Of a DNA stretch of 64,000 nt, positions 47,096-60,860 are shown piece after piece. A program made the position numbers and the translations under genes. This stretch comes from Octopus bimaculoides (Eukaryota). Below the pieces are notes generated by a model. The model was not told the DNA's origin, ran no database searches, and worked only from the letters and a program-made list of their open reading frames with translations. The stretch's first letter is position 1. Each line of letters begins with the position of its first letter. The stretch covers positions 25,883,825 through 25,947,824 of the forward strand of contig NC_068982.1 in assembly GCF_001194135.2 (NCBI RefSeq), given 5' to 3'.

Positions 47096-50000
47096 CTGAA
47101 GAAAACAAAATCAGGAAATCGATGCAAAAATCTATTGATTTGGACTTTAGAAAATGATAAACAGAAACAGCTCAGGAATTCTTTTTAGTCTCATGTACAA
47201 TTTTTGCCATCTTTAAAAATTATGTTTTATTTATTATTAATCAAGTTTGCTTTAACAAATCATATTTTCTCAATTTGTTTTATATTACTTTATTTCTTTT
47301 TATATGTTTTTAATATTTGAACAAAAAAAATGCTGTGCTTGCATATGTGATGTGCACATAAACATATGTATACACCGACTCATACACACACACACACACA
47401 CTAAAATTATATATACATGTACACCCAAACATTAGGACAAGATTGGCTTAAAAGGTTTAAGACTATTTTTTTGGTCCAGTGAGAATTATATATGCATTAT
47501 TTTTAAATCAGACATCAAAACAAAAGCAAAAGTGGATTGTATGAAATATAAAATAAATCAAAGGAAAAGTACAGGAAAATTGAACACATGATAGTATCGA
47601 TGGTTAAACTCTACAAAGCTATTCAGTATTTATAATTTAGAACAGTGTAAAATGCATAAAGTACATGAAGTCATAGACATAAATCTCACTTCTTTAAAGT
47701 GATCATATATAACAGCTTTTTGATGAAATGCTCAGTTGACAGCCTTATTAAAGTAAACTGTAAAATGGTAATCGTTTCAACTGCCTTTAAAAACTTCAGA
47801 GTAGAATGAGTTAACATGCTATAAAAAGAGAAATTGGAGAAGCACTGAAGGGCTTCCCATCAGAAATGTGAGATCTCTCAACAAAATCCTAACTTATTCA
47901 CTTTTGTGAACTTTTTAAAGTTATTTGCTGACACAGTTTCACTCTTTCATTTTGACTCTGAAAGTATGTACATGTGTATATGTACATGTGTAGCTGAGGA
48001 TACACAAGCATGTATTTAAAAAATACTTTTTTTTCTTCAATAAAAACTGCAGAAATACTTGAAATTATTGTGAAAAAGATTTCAGATTAAAATATGTAAC
48101 ATTTTAATTTTCTTTGCCTTGCCTAAAAGTAGTACAAAAAAGAACATTCACACTATCAAAAATTACATATCAAAACAATTATACATTTAATATCAGCAAA
48201 ACTCAAAAGTTTAGTTTAATTCAGTATTTTATGTAAGTGTGTATGTGTGTTATTGGATAACTATTCATGCAATGTGATCTTTATTGCAAAACGTGTGCGG
48301 AGCAGACCACAGAAAAACATCCCGAGAATAAAATGTTAAACTTAGTTGGCAGGAGATGGTATAGTCCTTTTTCTGTTTTTTGTTTTTTTTTAACCACCAA
48401 TAAGATTTCCATGCTTTATATCTTTAAAAAGAAAAAAATTTAGTAATCAATACCCACCCACATATCATTTGATAGGACATGAAAAACTTTGTTCATGATT
48501 TAAATAGCTATTTTATATATTTAGCTTGTTTTTTTTGTGTTTTTTTCTTTTGCTTTTACAGTTTAATTCTCCAACATGTGGAGGCTCTGTTTAAGTACTG
48601 AGAGAGGCAAGAAGTAGATTAAGAGAGGGAAGAAATCAAAAAAAGAAAACACAAACAAAAATGTGAAAAAACATGGAAGGAGTTCTTGAAGACATTAAAA
48701 GAAACAAAACTATTAATATTCCTTTATTTCACCCTTTTGAGCTAATTTCAGATAAACTGGTATATCATATGGATCATATGTAGAATTGGTCCTTCAAATG
48801 TCAACAGGAGGCCAAGCTGACATGTCAAACCATAGCTGAGCACACTGACTGACATTCTATAACTGGCTGCAGTGACTGCGTATCAAATTCAAACAATCTC
48901 ACCTGCAGCACTGCACTGAGACTTACACCCAATGTAGTTAACTCATTTCCTTCAAATCTACAAATAGCCAACATGAGATACATACAACTGACTACTAACA
49001 CTTATTATAAGGACCATTTATATTAAACTGAAGAGCCCTTTATGTGGTCACTGCCAAAAATGACAACAGGACAACTTGAATTCAACATGACAATCAAAAA
49101 AAGCACCCATAAGACAGTGCTCATTCATATATATATATATGTGGCATCCCTATGAATTTTCATAAAGTTTCAATATTTTCTTCAACACAGATGCAACCCA
49201 CAGGTCCTCAAGTACTTAAAATCCCACCCCACCACCCAGATACTAAAAATGACTCCATATCTGGACAAAATTTCCTTCATTGGCTGAAGACAAAATATTA
49301 ATCTAATGATTACTATTTAGCTAAGAATGATGAGAGCCAAGAAGATTGAAAATGTCAGAATATAAACTCAGTTGTTGATTAAGCCAAGTCAACCCTTATA
49401 AATCAAAGCAATTTTGGCCATGACTTTTTTTTTTCCTTTCAGCCAGTGTATGTAAGACTATTAATGCAGCTTTTTTTTTTTAAAGATTTTAAGTGTGTTG
49501 TGACAGATCTGGCTATTTCTAAGAGGCACAGCAGTAATGTAAGCATTTTTTCTGCCACCTCTTCACTGAATTCAAGGATTTTCAAAGCTAGTATCTTACA
49601 CAATGTAGCCATTATGCTTTATAATTACTGCCCATTATTCTATTTGAAACAAAAACAAAAGGTTTGCTAGCTTGATCTAATCAAGGTGAAGGAAGGAGAA
49701 AATGTCAGCAATATTTTGAAATAATTTTTTTTAAAAAAACCACACACTTGAAGAAAAAAAAACATTCAGGAAAAAATGTTAAGTTTAGGTGAAAAAATAC
49801 ATTAGGTAAAAGATGTTGCTTTCTCACAAGGCACAAAGCCACACATTTTTAAGAAGGTTTCAGGAACAAAAGAAACAGAAGTACACAATTGATTTTATGT
49901 TGCAAAGAAATAAAAGCAAAGTCTAATATTTCAAGCTGTAATCCTTCAAGAGAAAAGCAGAAAATTAATAAAAGTTTCATAGCAATAAAGTAAAATTATT

Positions 50001-53000
50001 GCCAAGACCACATGGATTTCAATGAATGGCCAAATTCTACTGTTTCTTCCTTACAGTGTAAAGTTATTAATAACCTTATATTACCAACATTTTTTTTTTT
50101 TTTGTTCCTGAAATCTTCTTGGAGGCTTTGCACTGGATACACTGGATTGAGTTATCATTATACCCTACAACTGTATTCATGTGGAGTGGTATAATGAGAC
50201 TAACCAATACTGGCACATGACTGATATTCATGTTCATCAACATCTAAGAGATGAAAGACAAAATAAAATCACTGCTGGCAAGGATTTAATCCAGAACATA
50301 ATGGAATGAAAGTAAATGCTGTAAAGCATTTATATTGATCTGGTGTTCTACCATATTTGCCACTCCACCACCTTAATAATAATGAGGATGAAGAGAAGAA
50401 TGATAATTAAGGTGGTAATAATTATGAAAAATTGAATACATTTTTAAAATAATAATATAGGCCTTAAATTTCTGGAAAAGCCAAACAATCTGAATTTTTT
50501 AAAAATAAATAAAACAAATAACAGCAACTAAATGTTCATGCTTGCTATAGCTTACCATTCTTGTACAATCTTTACTGCTAAAAAGATAAATGCATGTACT
50601 GAAATAACCAAATGAAAGAAGGAAAAGATAAGCTAATTTTCAGAAAAGAATAAAATGAGCAGAATAGATAAAGAAAAATAATTACTGTGATTTTCAGTAA
50701 TTACAAATGAAATTTTAGTTTTGTTTAGAAAATTTTATTATCAACAAATTTATAATGATTATAAAATTTATATAATCAATGAATAATGAAATAATCTTAC
50801 TGATAAAGTGATTATAGTTTTAGTGGGGGAAAACAAACAAAAAATACCAAAAGCCTCAAATAGAAAAGAAAGGGAAAATGAGGTTATGAGAGCGTGTATA
50901 TCTTTCCTTAAAGGTAATCAGTGATATGTGCAAAAACTTAGGATAGAAACAAAATTCCATGGGTCTATCACTTCAATTGAGGGAACCCATATCACAATGA
51001 AAATAAACAAAGTACCTCCTACTTATCAAAATTTAATAATCATAACATTCTAAAATTAGGTTTTACTTAAACTAGTAACAATAATGATAATCTCTTTTCT
51101 TGAATGCAAGGGTCCAAGACATTGGCGAAAGCATATGAAGATTTTGGCTGAATGAAAAAGGTAAATTAAATGTCAACAAAAACCCCAACACAAAGGGGAA
51201 CAAAAGCCCCAAGGTCAATCAAGGGAGTTCATAAAGTGACCCCTCCCAACTTTGTTCTACCCTATAAGTGCATGATGAGAGTTAGCCTATTGATTTAGAC
51301 CATTCTCCCCACTCTTACCCACCTTTCAGCAAATTCACTGGAGGGGCCTCCCTCCCCATCCATCCATCATTAAAAAGCTTATGTGAAAAAGTCAATAAGA
51401 GATTGGTCAAAGAACAAAGTGTTAAAGTACAAGGGTCGTGAATATGAAATAAGCAAGATGTGTAGTATGAAAATGAAAACAATTCAAATATTGATTGCGA
51501 TGTTAAATATTATAAATATAAAACATTAACCATAATACAAAAGCTATACTAAAAGGTCATAACTTCACATCCAAAAACTAGCCTTGCTGGGCACAGATTA
51601 CACCCTACACAAGACACTTTCAGTCCATTGGTATAGTACATAATTGGCATGATTCCTATGATACATACTCTACACAACTGCCACTCATATTTATTTCTTT
51701 ATTGCCCATAGGGGGCTAAACAAAGAGGGGACATACAAGGACAGCCAAAGGGATGAAGTCGATTACATCGACCCCAGTGCGTAACAGGTACTTGTTTAAT
51801 TGACCCTGAAAGCATGAAAGACAAAGTCAACCTTGGCGGAATTTGAACTCAGAACGTAGTGGCAGATGAAATACTGCTAAGCATTTTGCTTGGCATGTTA
51901 ACGACTCTGCCAGATGCCACCTATATTCTAACACAACTTACACCCTGTACAGTCATGACAAAAAAAATAAACAAACAACTTACATAACATACTCTACACC
52001 TATGTGAAGACTGAAAACAGGCAGACATATTGCCATGTTGAACACACTCAATCGCTCTTATGAATTATTCAACACCATAGTAAAGAAATGCAAACTTTAT
52101 TTGGTAGTCTCATTAATATGATCTCTGATAATACTTTGGTGGAAATGGGGGCTGGTATTTGTTAGTTTAAGAACCACTATTCTACACAGTTACCACTCAA
52201 TAAGACAACTTCATACAGCACATACTTTACCTGGTCACCACCCAATGCAATGTGCTTATACACAACCACTCATAACTCACACTGCATATATTCTACACAA
52301 AAGATAGCCAAAACACTAACAGGTCACCAGAAACAACAATGCAAAACTGATGCTGCAGACAAATACAGTTCTCCATTCCAAAAAGAATGTTGCACACATA
52401 AAAGTGCAGCTAGTGGTACACTAGAAACTCAGTCAAAACATAATATTGGTTTCAAATTTTGGCACATGGTCAGCAATTTTAGAGGGAAGCATAAGTCAAT
52501 TACATTGAATCCAGTGCTCAACTGGTAATTATTTAATCGGCCTTGATAAAATAAGTAAAATAGACACAAGAACACATGTTGGGTGAGATAGTCAATTACA
52601 TTGGTCATCTAGTACTTAACAGGAACTTATTTCATTGAACTCAGGAGGAAGAAAAACAAAGTCGATCTAGTAAAACATGAAACCAGTTATAAGGCACTTT
52701 TTTTTGACAAGTCTTTTCTATTTAAGATTTGTTTACTTGCATCCATATTCATGTATGTCTATTAGGCAAGTGAGATAAACACTTGGTTCTTTGTATCCTT
52801 CTGGTTAGTGTATGGCAACGGCCATCACATGTTCAGTTATGAAGGCAGAAGTCAAAAGGAAAAATAAAAAGCGCAGTGTATATCTCTTTCAATAGATGTG
52901 CATTCAGAAGTATGGCTACACATGGAACTAAGAGAAAGTGCTTAAACAGAATTTTCCATGGTAACTATTAAGAATTACCATTAACGCCTATGACAAGGCA

Positions 53001-53476
53001 AACAAATAAAACCATAAAACTGCCTATCTCTTTCGCTATATTTCTGATTATTATGCTTATTTTTCTTTTTACTCACTACCTTCTGATTTGAAGAAGCATC
53101 ATATCAGATTTTAGAAAAAGAAAAAGAAAAAAGAAAGACATTTAAAAAGGCTTAGCTCATTTCTCAAAATAATTCAATTGACATTCAATATTCTCTTATG
53201 ATTCTTTGCATTGTAACAACAATACCTATGAGAATACGGATGCCAATTTATATCAGTTTTACCTTTCTTTTGTAATTGTTAGCAGCATGGAGAGAGAGAC
53301 TTGTATCTTTTTATATACACACACAAAACCCTTCTCCAAGCTCGCACCCAAGAGAGTAATTTTCCCGATGCAAATTATCCATAGTCAACTATGACCAAAG
53401 GGGACCATATATATATATATATATATTATATAAGTCAGTAAATAGTGGGGTTGTGTTAACCGCACGTGGAGAAATA

Positions 53477-55143
53477 ATAGGAAAATGAAAAATAATAATA
53501 AGGCAGAATGCTAAACTGGAAGCATATTTTAATAAAGATTTCTAACTGGCTTTCATTGCATAGCAAATTTTCAAGAAGAGGGAGAATGAAAATGTTTTTT
53601 ACAAAGAAGTACAAAATGAAGAAAATAATATATTAAAAAAATAATATATAAAAAAATAAATATACCAATACATTATATTGTCTTTGAGCTTTTGAAGTTC
53701 AATGATAATTCANNNNNNNNNNNNNNNNNNNNNNNNNNNNNNNNNNNNNNNNNNNNNNNNNNNNNNNNNNNNNNNNNNNNNNNNNNNNNNNNNNNNNNNN
53801 NNNNNNNNNNNNNNNNNNNNNNNNNNNNNNNNNNNNNNNNNNNNNNNNNNNNNNNNNNNNNNNNNNNNNNNNNNNNNNNNNNNNNNNNNNNNNNNNNNNN
53901 NNNNNNNNNNNNNNNNNNNNNNNNNNNNNNNNNNNNNNNNNNNNNNNNNNNNNNNNNNNNNNNNNNNNNNNNNNNNNNNNNNNNNNNNNNNNNNNNNNNN
54001 NNNNNNNNNNNNNNNNNNNNNNNNNNNNNNNNNNNNNNNNNNNNNNNNNNNNNNNNNNNNNNNNNNNNNNNNNNNNNNNNNNNNNNNNNNNNNNNNNNNN
54101 NNNNNNNNNNNNNNNNNNNNNNNNNNNNNNNNNNNNNNNNNNNNNNGACAAATGTTTTTAGTTGGAGTTATGAACTCTTTTTCAACAGGAAGTTTATGTC
54201 TGTTCCTAGAGAAATAAGGTCACTGAGGGGTATGTGTGTTAAGAAATGGTTGGAATTTCTCTATGAAAAGATTCTCCTTGTTGATTCTTTCTTGTGTGGA
54301 GATTCTGTCTTTACATTGATAGAAAGGGAATATAAGGAATTTAGGGTTTTTGTTTCTGGCGCAAGAGTCTATGTGGCCACTGAGTGGATACCTGCCCCTA
54401 CCTACTTGAAGGCTCTGAATTTACCTTCAAACGAGGAAGAAAGTTTAAAATCAAAACTAATTTCTCTTGTTCCTCTGGAAACCTCATTTATGCCCTCACG
54501 TGCGCAGGTTGCCAAAACTTCTATATCGGACAGACGAGCCTCCTGTTGCATAGAAGAGTAGCAATCCATAAAGAACAAATAAATCTCCCTCAATACCGCC
54601 AAATTCTATCAATGTAAAGACAGAATCTCCACACAAGAAAGAATCAACAAGGAGAATCTTTTCATAGAGAAATTCCAACCATTTCTTAACACACATACCT
54701 CTCAGAGACCTTATTTCTCTAGGAACAGACATAAACTTCCTGTTGAAAAAGAGTTCATAACTCCAACTAAAAACATTTGTCTCCCCTTACACACACTTCC
54801 TGTTTTGACACCACACTTCCTGCTTAACACAAACTTTTAGCCCTTTTTTTAAGCCTAACACAACTCTCAGTTCTCATGCATCCTTATTTTTCCAACCATT
54901 ATATACATGAATTACCATTGAACTTCAAAAGCTCAAAGACAATATAATGTATTGGTATATTTATTTTTTTATTTATAATTTTTTTTATATATTATTTTCT
55001 TCATTTTGTACTTCTTTGTAAAAAACATTTTCATTCTCCCTCTTCTTGAAAATTTGCTATGCAATGAAAGCCAGTTAGAAATCTTTATTAAAATATGCTT
55101 CCAGTTTAGCATTCTGCCTTATTATTATTTTTCATTTTCCTAT
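53477..55143. mobile_element. Penelope-like element with long inverted terminal arms (palindrome spanning an assembly gap)
   Basis: 54147-54324 = rc of 54604-54781, and 53477-53712 = rc of about 54908-55143, with few mismatches. The spacer encodes KIKTNFSCSSGNLIYALTCAGCQNFYIGQT (GIY-YIG) on the + strand. Confidence 0.85.
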
Positions 55144-56069
55144 CTATATATATATATATATATATTTGCATTGCTAACTTTCTTCAAAGAAATTGTTTTA
55201 CAATCTACTTATTGGCCTGTTTAAGTACTTTTATTTCATTTTACTCTCTAAACTAAATTTCATTTTCTGTTTAATCCATGGCCAGCACACATCTAAATAT
55301 GTTGAAAATTTTTTTTTTTTTTTTTCAAAACAACCGACATTTAATTGTGGAGGAGACAACACGGTAATAGAAGGCGGCAAGACATTTCTAATTTTTGGTT
55401 TCAGTGAACAAATAAATCTACAGATGTAAGGTGACCTTGGTCGACATCCTAAATTTGGCAGAACGTATTGCTTGATGCTGTATAACAAGCTAAGAATAAA
55501 TGCAATAGCCACTTTAAGATTGGTAAAGTGGAAGTTTAGAAAGGATAATGAACTATAAAAAAAAAATGTTTAATAAATTTAACAACAATTTGTGCAAACA
55601 TATCAATTTGAAGACCAACCCTCTCTAAATGAATAGAAGCTAGCATGGCTAAATAAAAACTGAAAATATAAAAATCACAAAATGTAAATATTTCTCCTGT
55701 AGGCTTATTGCTTTCATAGATAGTTCATTAGCATCAGCAAAATTCTGCACAATATTTTAACTTTTCTTTAAAATTCAAGTCAACAGAAGAAAAGCTAGTT
55801 AAGCATTACATTTTTGAACAGAGATGTGATCTATACAAATGATGAGCAAGCAAACGATGCTAAAGTAAACAGCTGAAGAATGAAATAGCACACACAGCCA
55901 TGAGCTATTATATGTTAAAAAGATAACATAAAACAATGGAACAGTATTCAGTTTACTAAATCAATCTCAATATAGTAAGGCAGAAACTGGATTGAAAGGG
56001 GCTAGAAGATATATGGCAAAGAGAGAACCTTCATAGGTAGATGGTAGAAATAAAGAAATTAGTGATATC

Positions 56070-56455
56070 TTTTTTTTTTTTTACTTGTTTCAGTCACTGG
56101 ATTGTAGGACATGCTAGAACATCACCATGAAGAGATATCATTGAGCAAATTAACCCCAGTATTTTTTTTTTTAATTCTAAGTCTGGTGCTTATTCTATTG
56201 GTCTCTGAAAAGTTACAGGACATAAACAAACCAACTCTAGTTGTCAAGAGGTGAAGGACTGGAGAAACAAACACAAAAACATGTGTAGATGGGTTTCTAT
56301 ACAGTTTCCATCTACCAAATATTCACTTGCAAGGCATTGGTTGATCTGGACCAAAAAAAGAAGACACTTGCTCAAGGTGCTGCACAGTAGGATTGAACCC
56401 AAAACTAAACTGCAAAGCAAGCTTCTTGACCACAGAACCATGTCTGCGCCTATAT
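56070..56455 (-). mobile_element. SINE (family with TACTTGTTTCAGTCA end), decayed
   Basis: TTACTTGTTTCAGTCACTGG...CAGTTTCCATCTACCAAAT...AGAAGACACTTGCTCAAGGTGC. Same family as 56625-57040 (-), 60461-60860 (+), 31745-32110 (+), 22640-22900 (-) and 46560-46780 (-). Confidence 0.7.
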
Positions 56456-56624
56456 GTGAAGTTTAACCTACAAGTTAACAGAATCTTCTCAGGAGAATTC
56501 AAACAGAACTGAAAAACTCTTAGAAAGAGGAGAGTGCAATGTATGTTTGAGTCATGAATAAGTAATTTTTCTTTGTTAAGTCTAGTACTTATTCAATTGT
56601 CTTTCTCTTTTTTTTCATTTTGCA

Positions 56625-57040
56625 AAGCTCTCTTTACTCTTTTACTTGTTTCAGTCATTTGACTGTGGCCATGCTGGAGTACCACTTTTAGTCAAGCAAA
56701 TCAACCCCAGGACTTATTCTTTGTAAGCCTAGCACTTATTCTATTGGTCCCATTTGCCGAACTGCTAAAATACGGGGACGTAAACACACCAGCATCGGTT
56801 GTGAAGCAATGTGGGGGGGGGGGACTAAACTGTTGAGTTACTGCGACATTAACAAACCAACACCAGTTGACAAAAGGTGGTATGTTAGGGGAAATAAATA
56901 CAAACAAGCTACCACAGTTTCTGCTTACCAAATTCATTTTCAAGGACTTAGTTGGTTTAGGGCTATAGTAGAAGACACTTGCCTAAAACCACATGGGCCA
57001 CAAAGCAAGCTTTTCAACCTACACAGCCATGCCTACATCT
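56625..57040 (-). mobile_element. SINE (same family), near complete
   Basis: TTTTACTTGTTTCAGTCATTTGACTGTGGCCATGCTGGAG...CGGGGACGTAAACACACCAGCATCGGTTG...GGCTATAGTAGAAGACACTTGCC...CACAGCCATGCCTACAT. Confidence 0.75.
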
Positions 57041-59299
57041 AATATATAAAAACAAAGTAATTGCTTATATTATGTACAGGGCTGGTATTAGAATGTAGGT
57101 TTTACAACTATTACAGCCAGCAATAACTGAAACAAATGGGTCTGCTATGTTTTTAAGTGGAAGAGTATATTTCTGCAGCTTTTTGTTTTTCGTTTGTGTA
57201 AATAACTAAATTTTTGAAGTAACATAGCACACAACTTGACTAGCATACTTAATATGTTTGAAAGAAAAATTTCTTTAATTGAACTTCGTAGCTTCACTAA
57301 TTCAAGATATCAGAACAGACACTTAACCAATCAATAAATGAAACAAATCAGACAAAAACAGCAGTGCATCATTTTCAATAGTTATATGTCTCTTGCAGAG
57401 AGAGGATGATGCTGCAAGGCCAACTCTTTATCAGTTCACTTGTTTACAAAGCCTTGCTGGTTGCAGTTGACATTTTTCACTGATGTCAACTTTTAATACA
57501 TTCATAGCAACAGTATCAAAGATAGCAAATCTGATTCAATGTCTGTCATTTAGAAAACAAAAAAACTAAAATCAGAATTCAAGTTGTGATTCAGAAATTG
57601 AAATTCAAAAAACAAACAAAATTCAATACATAAAAAGAACAAGTCAAAACTAATGAACTTTCTAGATTTAAATTTTTAGCTGTTGCTTTACAGTTATATT
57701 TTTGTTTTCCTAGTTCCATTTTCAACCAGCTACCAATTACACTTTCTGCAATCATGTCAGTTTTATTCAGAAATAGCAAAACAAAGAAAAGCCAAGAGGG
57801 AGAGAGGAAGGGAATGTGTATGAGTGGCTGCACCTCTGTATGTCTTTGTTATGCATCTTAAGCTTTAACAATTTCAATTTGGGGACCAAATATGTATGCA
57901 CACAACCAAATCTCACCATACTCATCCCTAAGCATAAAGAGATATTCTTGTTTCTTGGTAGATATTTTTATCAAATAACTTATCAAGCCAAAAAGATGTC
58001 AGTTGAATATCTAATAGTCAAATTCTCTTCAAACCACACTCTACCATCATAAAAAAGGACATATTCAATAATGGAGCCCAAGACATTATTCATGAAAAAT
58101 AAAGAAAAAGAAAAAATGGTATGGTTTGAATGCCTGATCATAGGGTTGATCAAGTTGATTGATCTGGACCAATTTGGTGCTAAACAAACAATAAGCATCT
58201 AATACTGAAATGCTACCTATTTGCCAGATGGAACAAATATATGTAGTCAAAATAGGACACACTGGTTAACAAAATCTTAACAGATATTATTGTTAATTAG
58301 AGACAAATAAACTAACAGTTACAAAAATACAAATCTCTTCCATAAACTCACAAAAAGAGAAAAGAAGCTTCAGTTTTCAGTTTTAATGATAGGGATAAAA
58401 ACATCTTTGTGAATTAGATATGTTAAAGTTAATTCAAATTTTAAAATTACAAAACAAAGTCTTTATCACGAGGAAATAAAACTTTCAGACACTAAAAATG
58501 TTGAAAAAATTCAATAAGGTCCTGGATAAAGGTGGGGTGGAGGAAGTTGCACCTTGTAAAATAAGGAATTACTCATCTATCTTAGTTCACTGATTCATGC
58601 ATTCTAAAATGGTACACCAATACCTTATCCTATAGGCTATTTTTGCCTGAAGACAATAACATATTACGCACTTACATTCCATCTCTTACACATAAGCAAA
58701 TGCACATAAATCATGTATGTGCATACACAACTTTTGTGACATGCAAACAAATCTGTTAATCAGACAATCTTAAAAAATGATAAATGTTTAGTAAACATTC
58801 AACTATCCTGGCTGCTTTCTGACACTACTCCCTAGTTTAACATTTATTCACTAAGCTAACTGATAGCAAAATTAATCCAACCAATAACCAAATTAGCCCC
58901 AGAGATTTTGCATTTAATGTGAGTTTGTGATACTTTTCAGTAGTGCACAAGAGGCAGATTCCAGAATCAATTATTTCTCCTTTAATATTTTTAATTATGT
59001 TGTTTTAACTCCCAAATGTATTTAGACATTGATGTGTTTATTTTGTGGGGGTTNNNNNNNNNNNNNNNNNNNNNNNNNNNNNNNNNNNNNNNNNNNNNNN
59101 NNNNNNNNNNNNNNNNNNNNNNNNNNNNNNNNNNNNNNNNNNNNNNNNNNNNNNNNNNNNNNNNNNNNNNNGGGGGGGGGGGATAAATTCAGGAATGTGC
59201 AAATGGGCTTTGTGTATCTGTCTTTGGTACTTCTACTAATGGTACAATATAGTATTTTTCAGTTTGCCTTAGCCCATGTATATTCATAAATGGTTTCCA

Positions 59300-59720
59300 T
59301 GTAATGAGCATGTCCTTGTTCCAGTACTGTAGCAGGAGTTTGCAGCTGTTTATTGCATATTCTTTGCTATGTTTAGTGATTGTATAGTATGTTTTATAAT
59401 TTTTATGTAGCTGTAGCTAACTTTTACATTGTTTCTCTATTGATTAGTTTGTGATATTTGTTCTACTGGGAAGTGCTTGCTAATTAGTGTTTGGAGGGTG
59501 TGAGCAGCATCTGGGGCTACATTTAAGCTGAAGGGTAAACGGAGGCTGGGTTTTTTTCTAGGTTTCTTTTGTTGTTATTAATTTATTGTATCTAAGGTAG
59601 GAGTTGCAGTTTCTTTTTGAATCCGTTTGCTTAAAGGACTTCATTGTAGAACAGTGCTGTTTAGTCAGATATTCGTTTGTCAAATGGAATTGTTTATATT
59701 CTTCAGCTTATGCTACTGAC
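59300..59720 (-). mobile_element. Penelope-like element fragment (RT-to-endonuclease linker)
   Basis: Minus strand PFSLNVA...LISKHFP...RNNVKVSYSY resembles the PPFSxNV...LIDKHFP...NRNNVKVSYSC segment of PLE ORFs. Confidence 0.65.
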
Positions 59721-60460
59721 TAAGGTTTTGATTATCAATAGTAGGTGGTCTGAGCTGATGAAGAGGCAGACAAATAAGTCAGTCAGCAAATGCAAGCCAA
59801 TAAAAACATCAGCATAAGACCACACCCACATTAAATATAAATATACCACCAAAACAGAGTTCTCAACTAAAAATTGCAGTGGTATGAAACCTGAGTTGCA
59901 TGATCAATATTCTGTTTCCATAACATACATATAAGGCATAATCCTAAGTTTCAAGAACTGAATTACTGCTCATTCGCTTATAAATTAAAACTTTGTTGCA
60001 GCCATTCTGTTTCACAATTAAACTAGGCAGATATGTGCCTCAGTCTAGTTGACAACTAACAGGTTGCTACTGTTAGTTAAATGCCAAGCAATAAAAAGAA
60101 AGACCAAATGCCACACCACCTGTTTTACAAACCATAGGAGTGTCTTGTACAGAATTGATCTGCCTAATATACCAACCAAATTTACTGCTCATTCAGAATA
60201 CTCTCTACATATATTTTCAAATGAAAAACCATTTTAGGAAAGCATGCCTGTAGTAAAGGCAGGAGGGCTACTGACATGATATTAAACAAACTGAAATTCA
60301 ACCAACAAATACAGACACAAGCTGGACATTTATGTAAGACATGGATAATGCCTGTGGGTCACTTAATAGTCTGACTGGCTAACCTTCGTGGTATTCAATC
60401 TGTTCTATCTAGGTTGATCTTGGCTAAGCAAAAAGATTAGTGCACACACAAAAATATAAT

Positions 60461-60614
60461 GTAGGTGCAGGCATGACTGTGTAGTTAAGAAGTTTACTTC
60501 TCAACTACATGGCTTTATATTCAGTACCATTGTGTAACACCAGGGAAAGTGTCTTCTATAGCCCTCAACAAATCAAAGCCTTGTAAGTGGATTTGGTAGA
60601 CAGAACTCTTAAGA

Positions 60615-60655
<41 letters not shown>

Positions 60656-60860
60656 CGCGTGCACATGTCTTCATATCAGCAGCAGTTGTTTCAAAATGTT
60701 ATCATCATACAAACAGTATAATCAGTTTCCAATCTTTCATGAAAATATGTCCAGCAACAGGGAAATATAATCCTTGCTTGGTGATACTTGGAAGGACACA
60801 TGGCCTAAGAAAATGTGTCTCAATGAATTGCATCTGACCCATGCAAGCAAGGAAAAGTGG
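60461..60860 (+). mobile_element. SINE (same family as 56625-57040) with internal (GT)n
   Basis: GGTGCAGGCATGACTGTGTAGTTAAGAAG...AAAGCCTTGTAAGTGGATTTGGTAGACAGAA...GCATCTGACCCATGCAAGCAAGGAAAAGTGGA. Confidence 0.7.

Larger units (their letters stand above)
2089..59171. other. Assembly gaps (N-runs): 2089-2583, 3383-4186, 5196-5400, 6769-7181, 8428-8508, 14773-15103, 27177-27533, 33461-33637, 44758-45359, 53713-54146, 59054-59171
   Basis: Read directly. Most abut microsatellites, homopolymers or an inverted repeat. Confidence 0.98.

Noticed and set aside
49438-49612. Short minus-strand ORF MATLCKILALKILEFSEEVAEKMLTLLLCLLEIARS
   Set aside because: Under 60 aa, with no similarity to alpha-catenin or any family I recognise and no convincing splice sites.
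2062-59289. Long ORFs in the track that are mostly X (e.g. 3334..4251, 6651..7313, 44666..45532, 53692..54561)
   Set aside because: They run through N gaps and are artefacts of unknown bases.
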